Positions 27,593 through 37,395 are shown, counted from the first letter of the stretch. The stretch: DNA of 60,780 bases from a virus (IMGVR_UViG_3300010373_000010:1-60780), one strand, 5' to 3'. Notes: generated from the letters alone by a model not told the origin. Made by a program: numbers and translations.

Positions 27593-29161
27593 TTACATTC
27601 TCCAATGCCCGTCGATGATGAAGACGAGCTGTCGTTTTCCATCGGCGTGGACCAACGCATGAGCATTGAGCCACGAGCTGGGACCGCCATTATATTCGAG
27701 TCGAAGATGGGTAGAAGTCCCAACCTGCATAGCGCCCTCATCGATGCCAGGGACGTGCGAATGGCCGATAATCGATCGCGCTCCGATACGGCGAAGATTC
27801 GTAATCGATCCCCGCGCCCCGTTAGGTCCCAGCTCACCATGTTGCCCAAGATCAACTCCGCCAAGCTGATATGGTTCATCCACTCCGAGAACTCGGATGG
27901 CTGGATGGTTAGCTCTGGAGATCCAATAAGCGAACGGGTCAGGGGTCCTGGTTCCAGAATCATCGAGCTGTGTCTCCTGTACCATGTGGAGAGCAGTACG
28001 CAGATAGAACTCTGCGTTCACCGGGTCGTCGCGCCAATCCGTACCGACGATCCATCTTCGCAGAAAATCATTGTGGTTGGATGCGACCACCACGGATTTT
28101 CTGTCGCCCGTCGTATGCGACGTAACGAACCTAACCGCTCGTCGCACTTCAGCTCCAACGTCATCTCGATCTGCTTGCCGCTTGGCAATGCGATTGAAGG
28201 GGTTCTTCCCGTGATGCGGATTGCATGAATACCCGTCGAGGAGATCATGCCATACGAGCGTGTGAGGATTGAGAGCATCGATGATACCGCCGTGTCCGAA
28301 GGTCGCTCTCTCAACTTTCGGATCGATAAAATCCACGTGAGTGTCGCCCATAACAAGCGCGAGGGGCCGGGGAGCTTTGACTCGGCCAGTCGGGGTGTAA
28401 CGATGTTCCAGATCCGTGAACTCGCCTGTCTTTGCGTCTGCACTGACATGCCTCATGTGAAAAATCTTGTCTTCCAACTCTACGATGACAGCCCCGAGCA
28501 TGTGGTGGAACTCACCGATCTTGCCAGCTTTGCTGTCTGTGTAGTTGGGCACAGTAACGGCACCGGTAGTCGTGAGTATCTTCGGGAGCTTGTTGGATGG
28601 CGTCGGTACCACTTTAAGTTGGAGCTTCGTGTGCCCGAGGATCGCAGACTCAGCGCCCGAAATTGCATCGAACCCGGTGAGGGGCGATGAGGCAGTCGGC
28701 ACGGTTTTGATGTCACCAAGCAGGACAAGGTTCGCGTTGAGCTTGCGCCGGCCGTTGTAAAGGTACGGCTGAAGTGCGCCGTCCCATTGCTCTGCGTTCG
28801 CTTGGGAAAGAGTCCAGCGGGAAGTGGGGTTCTTATACCGAATCGGTATGACAAGAAGCTCCGCGCCGAGTGACCTTGAGGCAGCCAGTAACGACTGGAG
28901 GAAAGCCTCATGTACCGGCGTCCCGTTCTGCGCCGCCGTCACGATGTATCGCTTCGTGTGCGGGCTGATCGGGCGATTGAATACCAACTTCTGGTTGGCG
29001 TTCCCGTTGCTGCTCAGCGCCAGCTTCTGCGGGTTGGTCGTGGTGTAGCAGTGGACGCCGTTTTGCTCGCACCGCCAGCGGGTCTTTCCGGCTGGTGACT
29101 TTCCGCGGGCGTGCATCGGACTCTGACACTTGGGACACAGGGGGGCTTTCTTTGTTGGCAT
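27593..29161 (-). CDS. Calcineurin-like metallophosphoesterase with N-terminal Zn ribbon (resembles T5 A1-like proteins)
   Basis: GDTH, HDLLDG, SNHND, QHG, IIGHSH metal motifs; CPKC..C..C N-terminus. Confidence 0.75.
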   Translation of the reverse strand: MPTKKAPLCPKCQSPMHARGKSPAGKTRWRCEQNGVHCYTTTNPQKLALSSNGNANQKLVFNRPISPHTKRYIVTAAQNGTPVHEAFLQSLLAASRSLGAELLVIPIRYKNPTSRWTLSQANAEQWDGALQPYLYNGRRKLNANLVLLGDIKTVPTASSPLTGFDAISGAESAILGHTKLQLKVVPTPSNKLPKILTTTGAVTVPNYTDSKAGKIGEFHHMLGAVIVELEDKIFHMRHVSADAKTGEFTDLEHRYTPTGRVKAPRPLALVMGDTHVDFIDPKVERATFGHGGIIDALNPHTLVWHDLLDGYSCNPHHGKNPFNRIAKRQADRDDVGAEVRRAVRFVTSHTTGDRKSVVVASNHNDFLRRWIVGTDWRDDPVNAEFYLRTALHMVQETQLDDSGTRTPDPFAYWISRANHPAIRVLGVDEPYQLGGVDLGQHGELGPNGARGSITNLRRIGARSIIGHSHVPGIDEGAMQVGTSTHLRLEYNGGPSSWLNAHALVHADGKRQLVFIIDGHWRM

Positions 29162-29633
29162 TGGGCTTGAGCCTCATGGTGACCACCGGTGGTGCCGTGT
29201 AGGGGTCGCGTCGGCATGCGATCTCGACCGCCTTCTGTGCGCTGGCACCTGCTTCCATCGCGCCCATGGCCAACTTGGAGCCCGAGCCGATGGCGTAGAA
29301 CGGCTCGTATACTGGCTCCAAAACGCACCACCTGTCAACCTCAAAAAGCCCTTTCGGGCTCACCACGAGGATAGTAAAATCTGGCTCTGAATATGCGAAT
29401 AGCTCCCGGATCTCGGCAAGAGATTTACCGGTGCCCCACGCCTCCACGAACAGCGAGCCCGGCGCGGACTCGCCAGCCGTCGCGAGGATAACGTCTGTAG
29501 GCTGACCGTCTATCTGCACGGTCTTGCGGAACAGCTTCTTGGTATCGAAGTTCCTGGCACCACCGCCCTCTGACTCGACGGTCACCCGTGAGTCAGCGGC
29601 GATGACACCGTTCTTGTACGCGATCGTGGTCAT
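28908..29633 (-). CDS. Ntn-hydrolase (HslV/proteasome-beta-like) peptidase
   Basis: MTTIAY..IAADSR N-terminal nucleophile Thr, AIGSG..AMGAM..GA.A..AV.IA..D. Confidence 0.85.
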   Translation of the reverse strand: MTTIAYKNGVIAADSRVTVESEGGGARNFDTKKLFRKTVQIDGQPTDVILATAGESAPGSLFVEAWGTGKSLAEIRELFAYSEPDFTILVVSPKGLFEVDRWCVLEPVYEPFYAIGSGSKLAMGAMEAGASAQKAVEIACRRDPYTAPPVVTMRLKPNANKESPPVSQVSESDARPRKVTSRKDPLAVRAKRRPLLHHDQPAEAGAEQQRERQPEVGIQSPDQPAHEAIHRDGGAERDAGT

Positions 29634-29872
29634 GTGTCTTCCCGAGCGCCCAGGAATGTCTTGTTCGACTGGATGCGGACGGTGAACTCCAGCGGCTCGC
29701 CTGTCATGGTCATTGTCGTGTTATACGGGTTCACGAGTACACCGGTGACCACGGGCGAGTCGGCGGTCCATCTCCGATCTAGCCATTCCTGGAGCGCCTG
29801 CTTCAGCACTTCCTGTCTGAGATTGATGGACCCGTTGCCGATCATACGAGGATCAACCAGCAGCACAGCCAC
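29630..29872 (-). CDS. Hypothetical protein
   Basis: Tiles the operon with overlapping start and stop codons. Confidence 0.55.
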   Translation of the reverse strand: MAVLLVDPRMIGNGSINLRQEVLKQALQEWLDRRWTADSPVVTGVLVNPYNTTMTMTGEPLEFTVRIQSNKTFLGAREDT

Positions 29873-30378
29873 GAGACGAACAGCTTCTCAGCCGCCGGGC
29901 TCGGGGCGACCGTCACCCCCTGGATGACGGTCGGCCGGTAGGTGAAGAACAGGTACGCCGCCAGTGGAAACGCCGCGGTCAGCCCGGACACCGCCCATAA
30001 CCAGCCGTGGTCATTCACGAGCTGGAGCGCGAACGCCGAGATGAACACGGAGATCGTCGCAGACGAGTGGACGACAGAGTGATCCACGAACTTGTCGAAG
30101 AAGTCCGAGAACGAGTTGCTGGCGCCGACCACGAGCAACGAAAGCGCGGCGATGACGGCGAGCCCTGTACTCCAGAAGCCTGTGCCGGCAAACGCCAGCA
30201 CGAGCGACGTGGACAATGCAACGTAGGACAGATCCAGTACGCGCCAGTCAGCCATTTTCTGGTACAGGCCGGCGCTGATGGTGTTGTTGCGCAGGGATGG
30301 GACCAGGAAGTCCTGCCATGCGATGACGATTGGGAGAGCAAGCGCTGCGAGCGCAAGAGCCAGATGATGTGCGAGCAT
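29842..30378 (-). CDS. Multi-pass membrane protein (5-6 TM)
   Basis: GAGGT RBS before ATG 30378; several hydrophobic helices. Confidence 0.7.
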   Translation of the reverse strand: MLAHHLALALAALALPIVIAWQDFLVPSLRNNTISAGLYQKMADWRVLDLSYVALSTSLVLAFAGTGFWSTGLAVIAALSLLVVGASNSFSDFFDKFVDHSVVHSSATISVFISAFALQLVNDHGWLWAVSGLTAAFPLAAYLFFTYRPTVIQGVTVAPSPAAEKLFVSWLCCWLILV

Positions 30379-30389
30379 GTTAGTGACCT

Positions 30390-31052
30390 CTATGATCTTC
30401 TCGGTTGCCAATACTGACAGGTCTTGACGACACAGCCTTTACAAAAGGGATTGGGGCGCGGTGGGAAGTCCTGGCGGTCGTGCATCGATTGATAGGTTTG
30501 GACCCGCTTCAACATCGCACCCCAAAACTCGGGCAGATCGGCTCGAACCATCTTGTCGCTGGTGATCTGACGTGTCTTCGTCCAGTAGTAGTTCATGCGT
30601 ACCTGCTCGACCTCGGGAGCAAGGTGCATGGTCACCGCGGCGTTGAGCCGGAGCTGCGTAAAATCATCTTTCGGCTTGCCCGTCTTCCAGTCCCAGACCA
30701 GGGCTGCCGAGCCGTTGAGCTGCGTCAGGTCCGAGATCACCCGGAGCCATGCGTCTCTGGCGAACCAGTCCACCACCTGCCAGTTGGCGTTGAGCGCGAG
30801 CTGCTGCTCAACAATCTTCTCGCCTGGAAGGGCCGCGATCTTCGTCAGCATCGGGCCATGATGTCGTAGGTGTAGCGGTAGCGGGATGCCGTTCTTCACG
30901 AGCTTCGCGAAGGCTATGTGGGTCTCCTTTCCCTCGATCTGGTACGAGGTCTCTTCTTCCTTGAGATCCTTGGCAACACTCAGATGGAAGAACTTGCGCG
31001 GGCAAGTCTCACTCGATTCGATCCGGCTGAAGCTCCAGGCTGCGTTGGCCAT
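30390..31052 (-). CDS. PD-(D/E)XK (Cas4/RecB-like) exonuclease
   Basis: WSFSR..CPR, G...H, VWDWKTGK, QL, C-terminal CxxC..C. Confidence 0.88.
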   Translation of the reverse strand: MANAAWSFSRIESSETCPRKFFHLSVAKDLKEEETSYQIEGKETHIAFAKLVKNGIPLPLHLRHHGPMLTKIAALPGEKIVEQQLALNANWQVVDWFARDAWLRVISDLTQLNGSAALVWDWKTGKPKDDFTQLRLNAAVTMHLAPEVEQVRMNYYWTKTRQITSDKMVRADLPEFWGAMLKRVQTYQSMHDRQDFPPRPNPFCKGCVVKTCQYWQPRRS

Positions 31053-31261
31053 TACTGTTGTCTCTTGTGTCGGTAGATCGCTTTATGCCGTCGCTTGAAC
31101 ACCAGCTCTGGCTGGCACCAACAGCTAACGTCGTCTACGTGTGGGATGGGTGGGTGGTCTGCTGGCATGGCGTGAAGCTCACCCTGTTGCTTCCTCATAA
31201 CTAATTCGATCCTGGCCTGCCGTGTTATCTCGTCGAGTGAGTCGTCGGGTATATTCTTCAC
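31052..31261 (-). CDS. Hypothetical protein (H...CWCQP motif)
   Basis: Fits the operon; H...CWC.P small metal-binding pattern. Confidence 0.5.
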   Translation of the reverse strand: MKNIPDDSLDEITRQARIELVMRKQQGELHAMPADHPPIPHVDDVSCWCQPELVFKRRHKAIYRHKRQQ

Positions 31262-31514
31262 GGACGGCCTCCGCGTTGATATTCAGCATGGTACAAATCC
31301 ATTCCAGGGAGCCCGCTTCACGGGACTTACTGTCGATCCAGAGACGAGCGCGCCGTTGAATCCACTGATCTTCAGTGTACAGCTCGCTTGGCCTACCCTC
31401 ATTAGGGATGGGCTCGACCGAGGAAGTAGCATCCTCAACCGCAAGGGCCAGCACAGCGAGCCAGAGCTGGCCATAAACGTCGTACTCGGGAAGGTCATTT
31501 CTATTACTTCGCAT
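31179..31514 (-). CDS. Conserved-type phage protein (LW.AVL..AV.DA...W......WIC)
   Basis: Motif pattern and position directly downstream of the polymerase. Confidence 0.65.
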   Translation of the reverse strand: MRSNRNDLPEYDVYGQLWLAVLALAVEDATSSVEPIPNEGRPSELYTEDQWIQRRARLWIDSKSREAGSLEWICTMLNINAEAVREEYTRRLTRRDNTAGQDRISYEEATG

Positions 31515-33498
31515 CGCCGTATGTCGGACCGTCGTGGATCTCCACTGCGATGGGGAGGTCTGGGAGGAAGTCTACCTTGCGGGTCATCACATTGGCAACA
31601 GCCTTCTTCACCTGCGGAACAATCGTCGTCGGGACCTTGAATACGAGTTCGTCGTGGACCTGGAGAGCCGCAGGGAGCCCATGACGAGCCAGAGTGATCT
31701 CGGCGCGCGTAAGTATGATCCTTGCAAGGGCTTGAGCAATGTTTTCTGTGAATGCTCCTCCCCAGATGTTTTGACCAGCCCCGACCACCACTGTGACTCC
31801 AGCCCGCAGAGCTGTTGCTGCGTCTGGCCCGTCTTCCACATCGGGTGTAAGAATGGTAGCGCCATATCGACTCCTGAATTTAAGACCGTCCCCTGTTCGT
31901 GTCAGAGACGGGTATACGATCGGCATCCCGTTGGGCAGGATGATCCTCTCGTGGGCAAAGATCAGATCAGCAACCGGGCTCGGGAACATCGAGCCGGGCA
32001 CTGTGACATACGTCGCCGCAAGCTGCTCTAGATATCTCCAGAGCTTGGGTATGTTGGGGTAGGTGTCACGGTAAAGCTGGACAATACGCATGGCTTCGCG
32101 CTCGTCCATGATGACGCCTTCCTGCATCATCTTCAGGTGGAACTTCTTCCACCCCATGCCATAGCCAAGTCCCAGGATGCAGGTTTTACCCACGAATCTC
32201 TGGAGTGGGTGATCGTGTTTGTTGACAGCAAAGCCGTAAATCTTCGACGCGAACTCCGAGTATATGTCACGCCCTTCCGCGAATGCGCGGACCAAGTCCC
32301 ACTGGCGGGCCAAGGTGGCGACCAAGCGGGCTTCAATGTTGCTAAGGTCAGCAGCAACAATTGAGTACCCATCATCCGCTGTGACGGCGAATCGGAGATG
32401 ACCTTTTGTAAGGGTGACCTTGTCCTTCGCGTACTCGACACGAGGAAGGTTTTGAAGGTTGATACCGTGGTCACCACTGAATCTCCCGGTGTGCGCGCCA
32501 TAGTAAACAATCGGGACGGGCAGCTTGCCGCCCATGGTCGTACACAGCTCGATCAGCTTCTTCGTGCGCGACTCTTCGATGGTGCTGCTAAAGGCGATCT
32601 TGGATTGAACCAGCACTCGCACCTTCTCACTGGGGTGCGCAAGTAACTGTTTGAATCCGAGATCGTCCTTGGCGAATGCGTATGTCAGCTTGCCCTGCTT
32701 GTTGACCTTCGTCGGTATCAGCTTCTCGTCGCCCAGAGCGGACCCAAGTAGAGCGGCGAACTTGGTCCGCGAACGTATGCACTCAAGAGTTTTCTCTGCG
32801 CCATCTCCGATACCATATGCGCTCGCCAATACTTGAAGTGCGGCCTGTTTCTTACGTTGCAGGTCTTCGAGCCGTCTGGTAAGGGCGTTGTAGTTGAGAT
32901 TGAGGGTAGGCCGAACATACTTCTTGATCGTGAGATCGATGAGGTACTGCTCGTCCAGCGGGAGAATGCGACTAAGCTCTGTGCCAATTGCGGCGGAGTT
33001 TTCAGAGTCGCGGTTACAGTAAAGCCCGTAGTCTCTAAGTTGTTCCGGAGTGAGATCAACACGGTGGACACCTGAGACGTTGTGGACATAATCGCCTTTA
33101 GGTGCGAGACCGAGATACCGGCTGATGTCGTCAAGACCCTGGCCTCCAGCATACGGAACGAAGTGCGGCCGAGACCCGACCATCGTGCAGAGATATGCCG
33201 CAGGTCTGAATCCCAGCCGCCACTCCAGAATGCTCCCCTCGAACCGCGCGTTGTGCGCGACGACACGGACGCGGCTCCAGTCAATCTTTGCCAGCTCGGT
33301 GTGGATCTCGTCGATCGTTCCCGAGATCCACTGAGCGGGCTTGTCGGGCCACTTCAGTGACACCCCAACGATCTCGAACCGCGGGTCCATTACGTACTCC
33401 GCGTTCTCCATCTTCTTGAGGCTGTACTCGCCGTCGTAATACGTCTCGAAGTCAACACCGAGATCGATGCAGACTTGTTCGAGGGGAATGTCTTTCAT
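31504..33498 (-). CDS. polA: DNA polymerase, family A, with 3'-5' exonuclease domain
   Basis: DFET, AHNARFE, TGRFS..NLQNLP, ADLSNIEAR (motif A), RFVGKTCILGLGYGMG (motif B), QVHDELV (motif C). Confidence 0.95.
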   Translation of the reverse strand: MKDIPLEQVCIDLGVDFETYYDGEYSLKKMENAEYVMDPRFEIVGVSLKWPDKPAQWISGTIDEIHTELAKIDWSRVRVVAHNARFEGSILEWRLGFRPAAYLCTMVGSRPHFVPYAGGQGLDDISRYLGLAPKGDYVHNVSGVHRVDLTPEQLRDYGLYCNRDSENSAAIGTELSRILPLDEQYLIDLTIKKYVRPTLNLNYNALTRRLEDLQRKKQAALQVLASAYGIGDGAEKTLECIRSRTKFAALLGSALGDEKLIPTKVNKQGKLTYAFAKDDLGFKQLLAHPSEKVRVLVQSKIAFSSTIEESRTKKLIELCTTMGGKLPVPIVYYGAHTGRFSGDHGINLQNLPRVEYAKDKVTLTKGHLRFAVTADDGYSIVAADLSNIEARLVATLARQWDLVRAFAEGRDIYSEFASKIYGFAVNKHDHPLQRFVGKTCILGLGYGMGWKKFHLKMMQEGVIMDEREAMRIVQLYRDTYPNIPKLWRYLEQLAATYVTVPGSMFPSPVADLIFAHERIILPNGMPIVYPSLTRTGDGLKFRSRYGATILTPDVEDGPDAATALRAGVTVVVGAGQNIWGGAFTENIAQALARIILTRAEITLARHGLPAALQVHDELVFKVPTTIVPQVKKAVANVMTRKVDFLPDLPIAVEIHDGPTYGDAK

Positions 33499-34274
33499 CA
33501 GTGTTTTATATCACGGATGATCGCCCAGGAGAATCCCTCGCCGCCGAAGTGCCACCCGCTGGTGTCATCGCCGACGAGACCCTTGACCAGATCGCACTTG
33601 CCCAGCGTCACCAGGGCTGCGTCCACCTTCGAGCGGTCATACGCTGCCCATTCATAGGGCACCTGACTCGCTCGCTTCTGGTCACCCAGAGCCTCGCGCT
33701 GCTCGGGCGTCACGAACCGCATGAGATCCGGCACCATCCGCTGGAGCTGGCCGGCAGTCTTCACCATGTCCAGCAGCTCGGTGGTGACATCGAGCGCCAC
33801 TGCGACCTCCCGGCTCATAGTGTCCGCCGCCATCGCCCAGTTCCAAAACTCATCAAACTTGGCCTGTCCCATCCGCTTGATGCATTCCTCACGCGATAAT
33901 GCGGGCCACGCTTCGGGTTGACCGCCCGCGTCTGCCAACATAACCTTGGGGTGGTCTTTCGCCATGGCGCGAGTAAGGTTAATGAAGCCTCCGTTTCCCC
34001 CCGGGATTGTAAGACGCACCGACATCGCGTGTATCGAATCAATCGGAATAGCGAACCCGACGCTAGAACTGACTGCGTGATACTCAATCCCAACGCCATG
34101 TGATGCCAGTACGGTGTATGCGTCCAAGAGTTCATCGGGGAAACCTCTGTGCCAGAACTCGCCCATCTCCTCCGGCGTCATGTTGAGCTTGGTGAATCGG
34201 ACACCGGCGTCGAGCAACTTGCCGATGTGGTTCTTGATCTCTTCGATCTGTGTCTTGCTGATCTTCGTACTCAT
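33498..34274 (-). CDS. Hypothetical protein (258 aa)
   Basis: Long ORF with an overlapping start, in operon order. Confidence 0.7.
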   Translation of the reverse strand: MSTKISKTQIEEIKNHIGKLLDAGVRFTKLNMTPEEMGEFWHRGFPDELLDAYTVLASHGVGIEYHAVSSSVGFAIPIDSIHAMSVRLTIPGGNGGFINLTRAMAKDHPKVMLADAGGQPEAWPALSREECIKRMGQAKFDEFWNWAMAADTMSREVAVALDVTTELLDMVKTAGQLQRMVPDLMRFVTPEQREALGDQKRASQVPYEWAAYDRSKVDAALVTLGKCDLVKGLVGDDTSGWHFGGEGFSWAIIRDIKH

Positions 34275-34588
34275 GACGACTTGTGATCCTCGTTGGAAGG
34301 AGCGGCCACGACTTCGTGCTTGCCGGTCTGCTGGTCGATACGCACCAGCTTCATGCCAGCAGCGGCGCAGCGGGTGAAGAACTTGGCACGCGCCTCGTCT
34401 TCGTTGAGCTTGTAGTCTTCGACCATGGTGCCCATGGCCGCGGCGTGCATGCGGGTGATCGATTCCACGTTGGTCGAGAACGCGGTGTGCTGGATAGCGC
34501 GAATCTGTTTGGCGTACTTCTGCGCAGCGCCGATGAACCCAACGGCGACTGAGACTCCAACCATACCTGCGAGTTGTAATAGATCCAT
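34271..34588 (-). CDS. Hypothetical protein with N-terminal TM
   Basis: GAGGT RBS; hydrophobic N-terminus. Confidence 0.65.
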   Translation of the reverse strand: MDLLQLAGMVGVSVAVGFIGAAQKYAKQIRAIQHTAFSTNVESITRMHAAAMGTMVEDYKLNEDEARAKFFTRCAAAGMKLVRIDQQTGKHEVVAAPSNEDHKSS

Positions 34589-34717
34589 GTGCGAATTACC
34601 TCATGAAGTTCTTGGAACGGGGATAGACACCGACCCGCGGGCGGCGCGGGCGGCGCGGTTTGAATAAAGCCAGAATCGGATACGCCAGCCCGCAGGTAGC
34701 TACGAGCAGCACCCACC

Positions 34718-35002
34718 CTACCCAGGTGAGTTTGGGTTCTTCACGAATAGGCATAGCGTTGCCTTGAAAAACTCCCAGTCGATGCGGGCAAGCACACCCT
34801 CCGGGTCACCGCACCAGAATGTCACCACAGTTTTGGTCTTCTGCCAGTGCTTCTGAGTGGTCTTGCGGACATTCCAACTCTGAGTGTGGCGGCGGAGGAA
34901 CTTCGTCCTGAAGTTCCGCCAGTTCTTGCCATCGATCTCGCCAGCAAACTCCATTCGATACTCAGCCAGGAAGCCCTCCGTCTTGAGCCGGCTGTACCTC
35001 AC
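34718..35002 (-). CDS. Hypothetical protein
   Basis: GTGA overlap with the VWA gene stop. Confidence 0.55.
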   Translation of the reverse strand: MRYSRLKTEGFLAEYRMEFAGEIDGKNWRNFRTKFLRRHTQSWNVRKTTQKHWQKTKTVVTFWCGDPEGVLARIDWEFFKATLCLFVKNPNSPG

Positions 35003-36204
35003 GCGGCCTCCCGCATGTCGGCTTCCTTGATGTCCACGTGGACGGTCGTTCCCCACGGAGCCTCGATCCCGTCCGTGGTGATGCACCAGACGGTCGGGAT
35101 GCCGTCATCCTCGCCGAACGGGGTGTACCCATCGGTGAAGACGATCCGGTTCTCGATCGGCAGGTCCAGCTCCTTGAACTTCTCGAAGCCTACGGGCAGG
35201 TTCGTGCCACCACCGCCGCCGGCTCGCTGCGCCACGGCCTCTAGCTCGTTCACGTCATCGAACGTGATGACGTCCCCATGGACCTCGTCGTCCACGTAGG
35301 CCAGATGTACCGCCTTGGGCTCGACGTCGGACAGGATGCCCTTGACCTCGCCCATGAACGTGCTCAGCTCGTCCTGGCCAATGGAGCCGCTGGTATCGAC
35401 GATGATGCCGATCTCGGGGCCTTCCCGTCCGCTACGGCCGGGCCAGTACGCGTGCGGCGGGGCTGCCAGCTTGCGCCGGTTCGGCCGCGCCCAGGTCATC
35501 TCATCGCGCCCCCGGGTCTGGTTGATGATGGTCTTGCGTAGATGCTCCTGCCACGGGACCTCGGGCTCGCATATCTGGTCGATCAGGCGCTCCAGTCCGC
35601 CGGCTCCCTTGCCCTGCATCTTGGCGATCTCCTGCGCCTTCTTCAGCGCAGCGGCCATGACGGGCTGAGAGGTAGGAGACTGGCCATCGTCGCCAATGTG
35701 CTGGTCTGGACCATCCGGCTTGTCTTCCTCGTCGTCTGGGAGCTTGAGATAAACCTCGTCCACAATGTCGTCGCCGGTGACCTGGGAGTTTTGTAGGCTG
35801 CCAAGTGGGAGTTTGTAGCCCTGAGAAGTGAGATGCGCGTTGATGATGTAGTCACAGGCGTGATCGAACCGCTTCGTGCTGAAGGTCTTGAGATCAGGAC
35901 CGACCCCGAGCTGGAGATAGTTGTGCTTGCGGGCCGCATGTTGAAGAATGACATGCATGATCTCATGAGCGAGCATCCCACGGCGCTCCCCGATCGAGAG
36001 CTTGCCGAACTTCTCCGGGTTGATCCAGAGGATCTTCCCGTTGGTCGCGCAGGTCTCTAACTGGGAGCCATCCGGGAGCTGATTGCTCTCGACGACCTCC
36101 ATCAGATCGAGTAGAAGCGACGCGAAGAACGGGTCCTGCACCAGCAGCGCGCTAATGCCTTCGGTGACGCACGCGCTACGCTGCGCGCTGTTGTGTGCCG
36201 ACAT
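34999..36204 (-). CDS. Metallopeptidase + VWA domain protein (DUF2201-like)
   Basis: AHEIMHV HExxH, ACDYIIN, VDTSGS MIDAS, GGGGT, FTDGY. Confidence 0.9.
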   Translation of the reverse strand: MSAHNSAQRSACVTEGISALLVQDPFFASLLLDLMEVVESNQLPDGSQLETCATNGKILWINPEKFGKLSIGERRGMLAHEIMHVILQHAARKHNYLQLGVGPDLKTFSTKRFDHACDYIINAHLTSQGYKLPLGSLQNSQVTGDDIVDEVYLKLPDDEEDKPDGPDQHIGDDGQSPTSQPVMAAALKKAQEIAKMQGKGAGGLERLIDQICEPEVPWQEHLRKTIINQTRGRDEMTWARPNRRKLAAPPHAYWPGRSGREGPEIGIIVDTSGSIGQDELSTFMGEVKGILSDVEPKAVHLAYVDDEVHGDVITFDDVNELEAVAQRAGGGGGTNLPVGFEKFKELDLPIENRIVFTDGYTPFGEDDGIPTVWCITTDGIEAPWGTTVHVDIKEADMREAA

Positions 36205-36490
36205 GTGTTAGCTCTCCTACAGTTCGAGCAAGCCGCTTCGAGCGGATGTTGCCCTCGTTGACCCACTGGAACCGCCAGCCCGGGAAGACGCACAGCTTGT
36301 AACTCTTACCGTGCTCTATCTTACTCTGTCTGGTAATTTCTACCGTGACGCCCCTCACAGTATGGATGTAGTTCTCCTCACGATTCAAGGGGCCATAGCT
36401 GGCCACTAGCGCGAGGATGTCGCCATCCACCTGGGACACGGGGCGAGTCGAGAGCGCCGCGAACTGGTGTTTGGTTACAGTACCTTCCAT
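36176..36490 (-). CDS. Hypothetical protein
   Basis: Fills the gap between two module genes; lower GC. Confidence 0.55.
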   Translation of the reverse strand: MEGTVTKHQFAALSTRPVSQVDGDILALVASYGPLNREENYIHTVRGVTVEITRQSKIEHGKSYKLCVFPGWRFQWVNEGNIRSKRLARTVGELTHVGTQQRAA

Positions 36491-37395
36491 ATATCTTCCA
36501 CCGCGGCAGCGACCGCGATCTCGTTGGCGCGGGATGCGATCTCCGCGGCCTTCTTGTTGTCGTTCCGATAGACCTCGACGGGCTGGTGCAGGAGTTCCTT
36601 CTCGATGCGATCGGCCAGCTCGCTGATCTCCGGCTTGCCGGCCACGTTCATGGTACGAGTCAGCCCGACCAGCGCCTGGAGGTTGGTCACGAGCGAGTCG
36701 TAGAGCCGGGTCTTCTCACCAGCACCGGCCTTTCCGAGCTGCGTGGCCATGCGATTGATGCACGTCAGCAGCCGTTCCTTCAGCTCACCCATTGCGACTT
36801 CCACGTGGACCTGGGCAGCTTGCGCATGGCGCTGGCCCAATGCCTCTGCGAGTGCCGCAGGCACATTAACTCGGGTGAAGTCCGTTTGAGAGGGAACCGG
36901 TAGCAAGCCGACAGTAACTCCGAACAGTCCGACCACGGCAGCCGCATCAGGGTAGTCGTCGGTCTTAGCGAGGGTACCCAGGCTGGATAGGGCCTGTTGT
37001 TTTCGTGCGTCCCAGACGGCGGCCAATGCGGCAACGGCATTGTCGTACTCCTGCTTGATCTGGTTTAGTTCCCGCAGGAACTCAATCGACCGAGTGGCCG
37101 GGAGCAGCCGCGGGCCGCGCTTCACGCCCTCGACGTTACCTGACCATGGCAGCGTGTTCGAATATACGAACTCCCTGATCGCCTGCGCGAGCTTGTTGAC
37201 TGCGGTGAGTTCCGCATCCGCGCCAGCGAACAGGTACTTGATGAACTTGCCGGCGTTCCCTGCCGCTTGGTGAGAGTTGATGACCTCGTTGGTCGCGTCC
37301 TTGTCGGTACGCTTCGCGGACCACGAGCGAATTTCGAGATCCACCAGCAGATAGTTTGCTGACAGGGCCTCGTTCAGTTGAGCAGCATCGGTCAT
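36475..37395 (-). CDS. Conserved helical protein of the MoxR/VWA module (DUF3150-like)
   Basis: GGAG RBS before ATG 37395; L.I..W.AK..D..T..V..K.LF..TLPW..G.RLLP..DYP..RL.DSL..N..MNV pattern. Confidence 0.7.
   Translation of the reverse strand: MTDAAQLNEALSANYLLVDLEIRSWSAKRTDKDATNEVINSHQAAGNAGKFIKYLFAGADAELTAVNKLAQAIREFVYSNTLPWSGNVEGVKRGPRLLPATRSIEFLRELNQIKQEYDNAVAALAAVWDARKQQALSSLGTLAKTDDYPDAAAVVGLFGVTVGLLPVPSQTDFTRVNVPAALAEALGQRHAQAAQVHVEVAMGELKERLLTCINRMATQLGKAGAGEKTRLYDSLVTNLQALVGLTRTMNVAGKPEISELADRIEKELLHQPVEVYRNDNKKAAEIASRANEIAVAAAVEDIWKVL

Noticed and set aside
25862-29633. Alternative genetic code as the cause of the run-on overlaps
   Set aside because: No common codon at the expected stop positions; TAA, TAG and TGA all terminate well-defined genes
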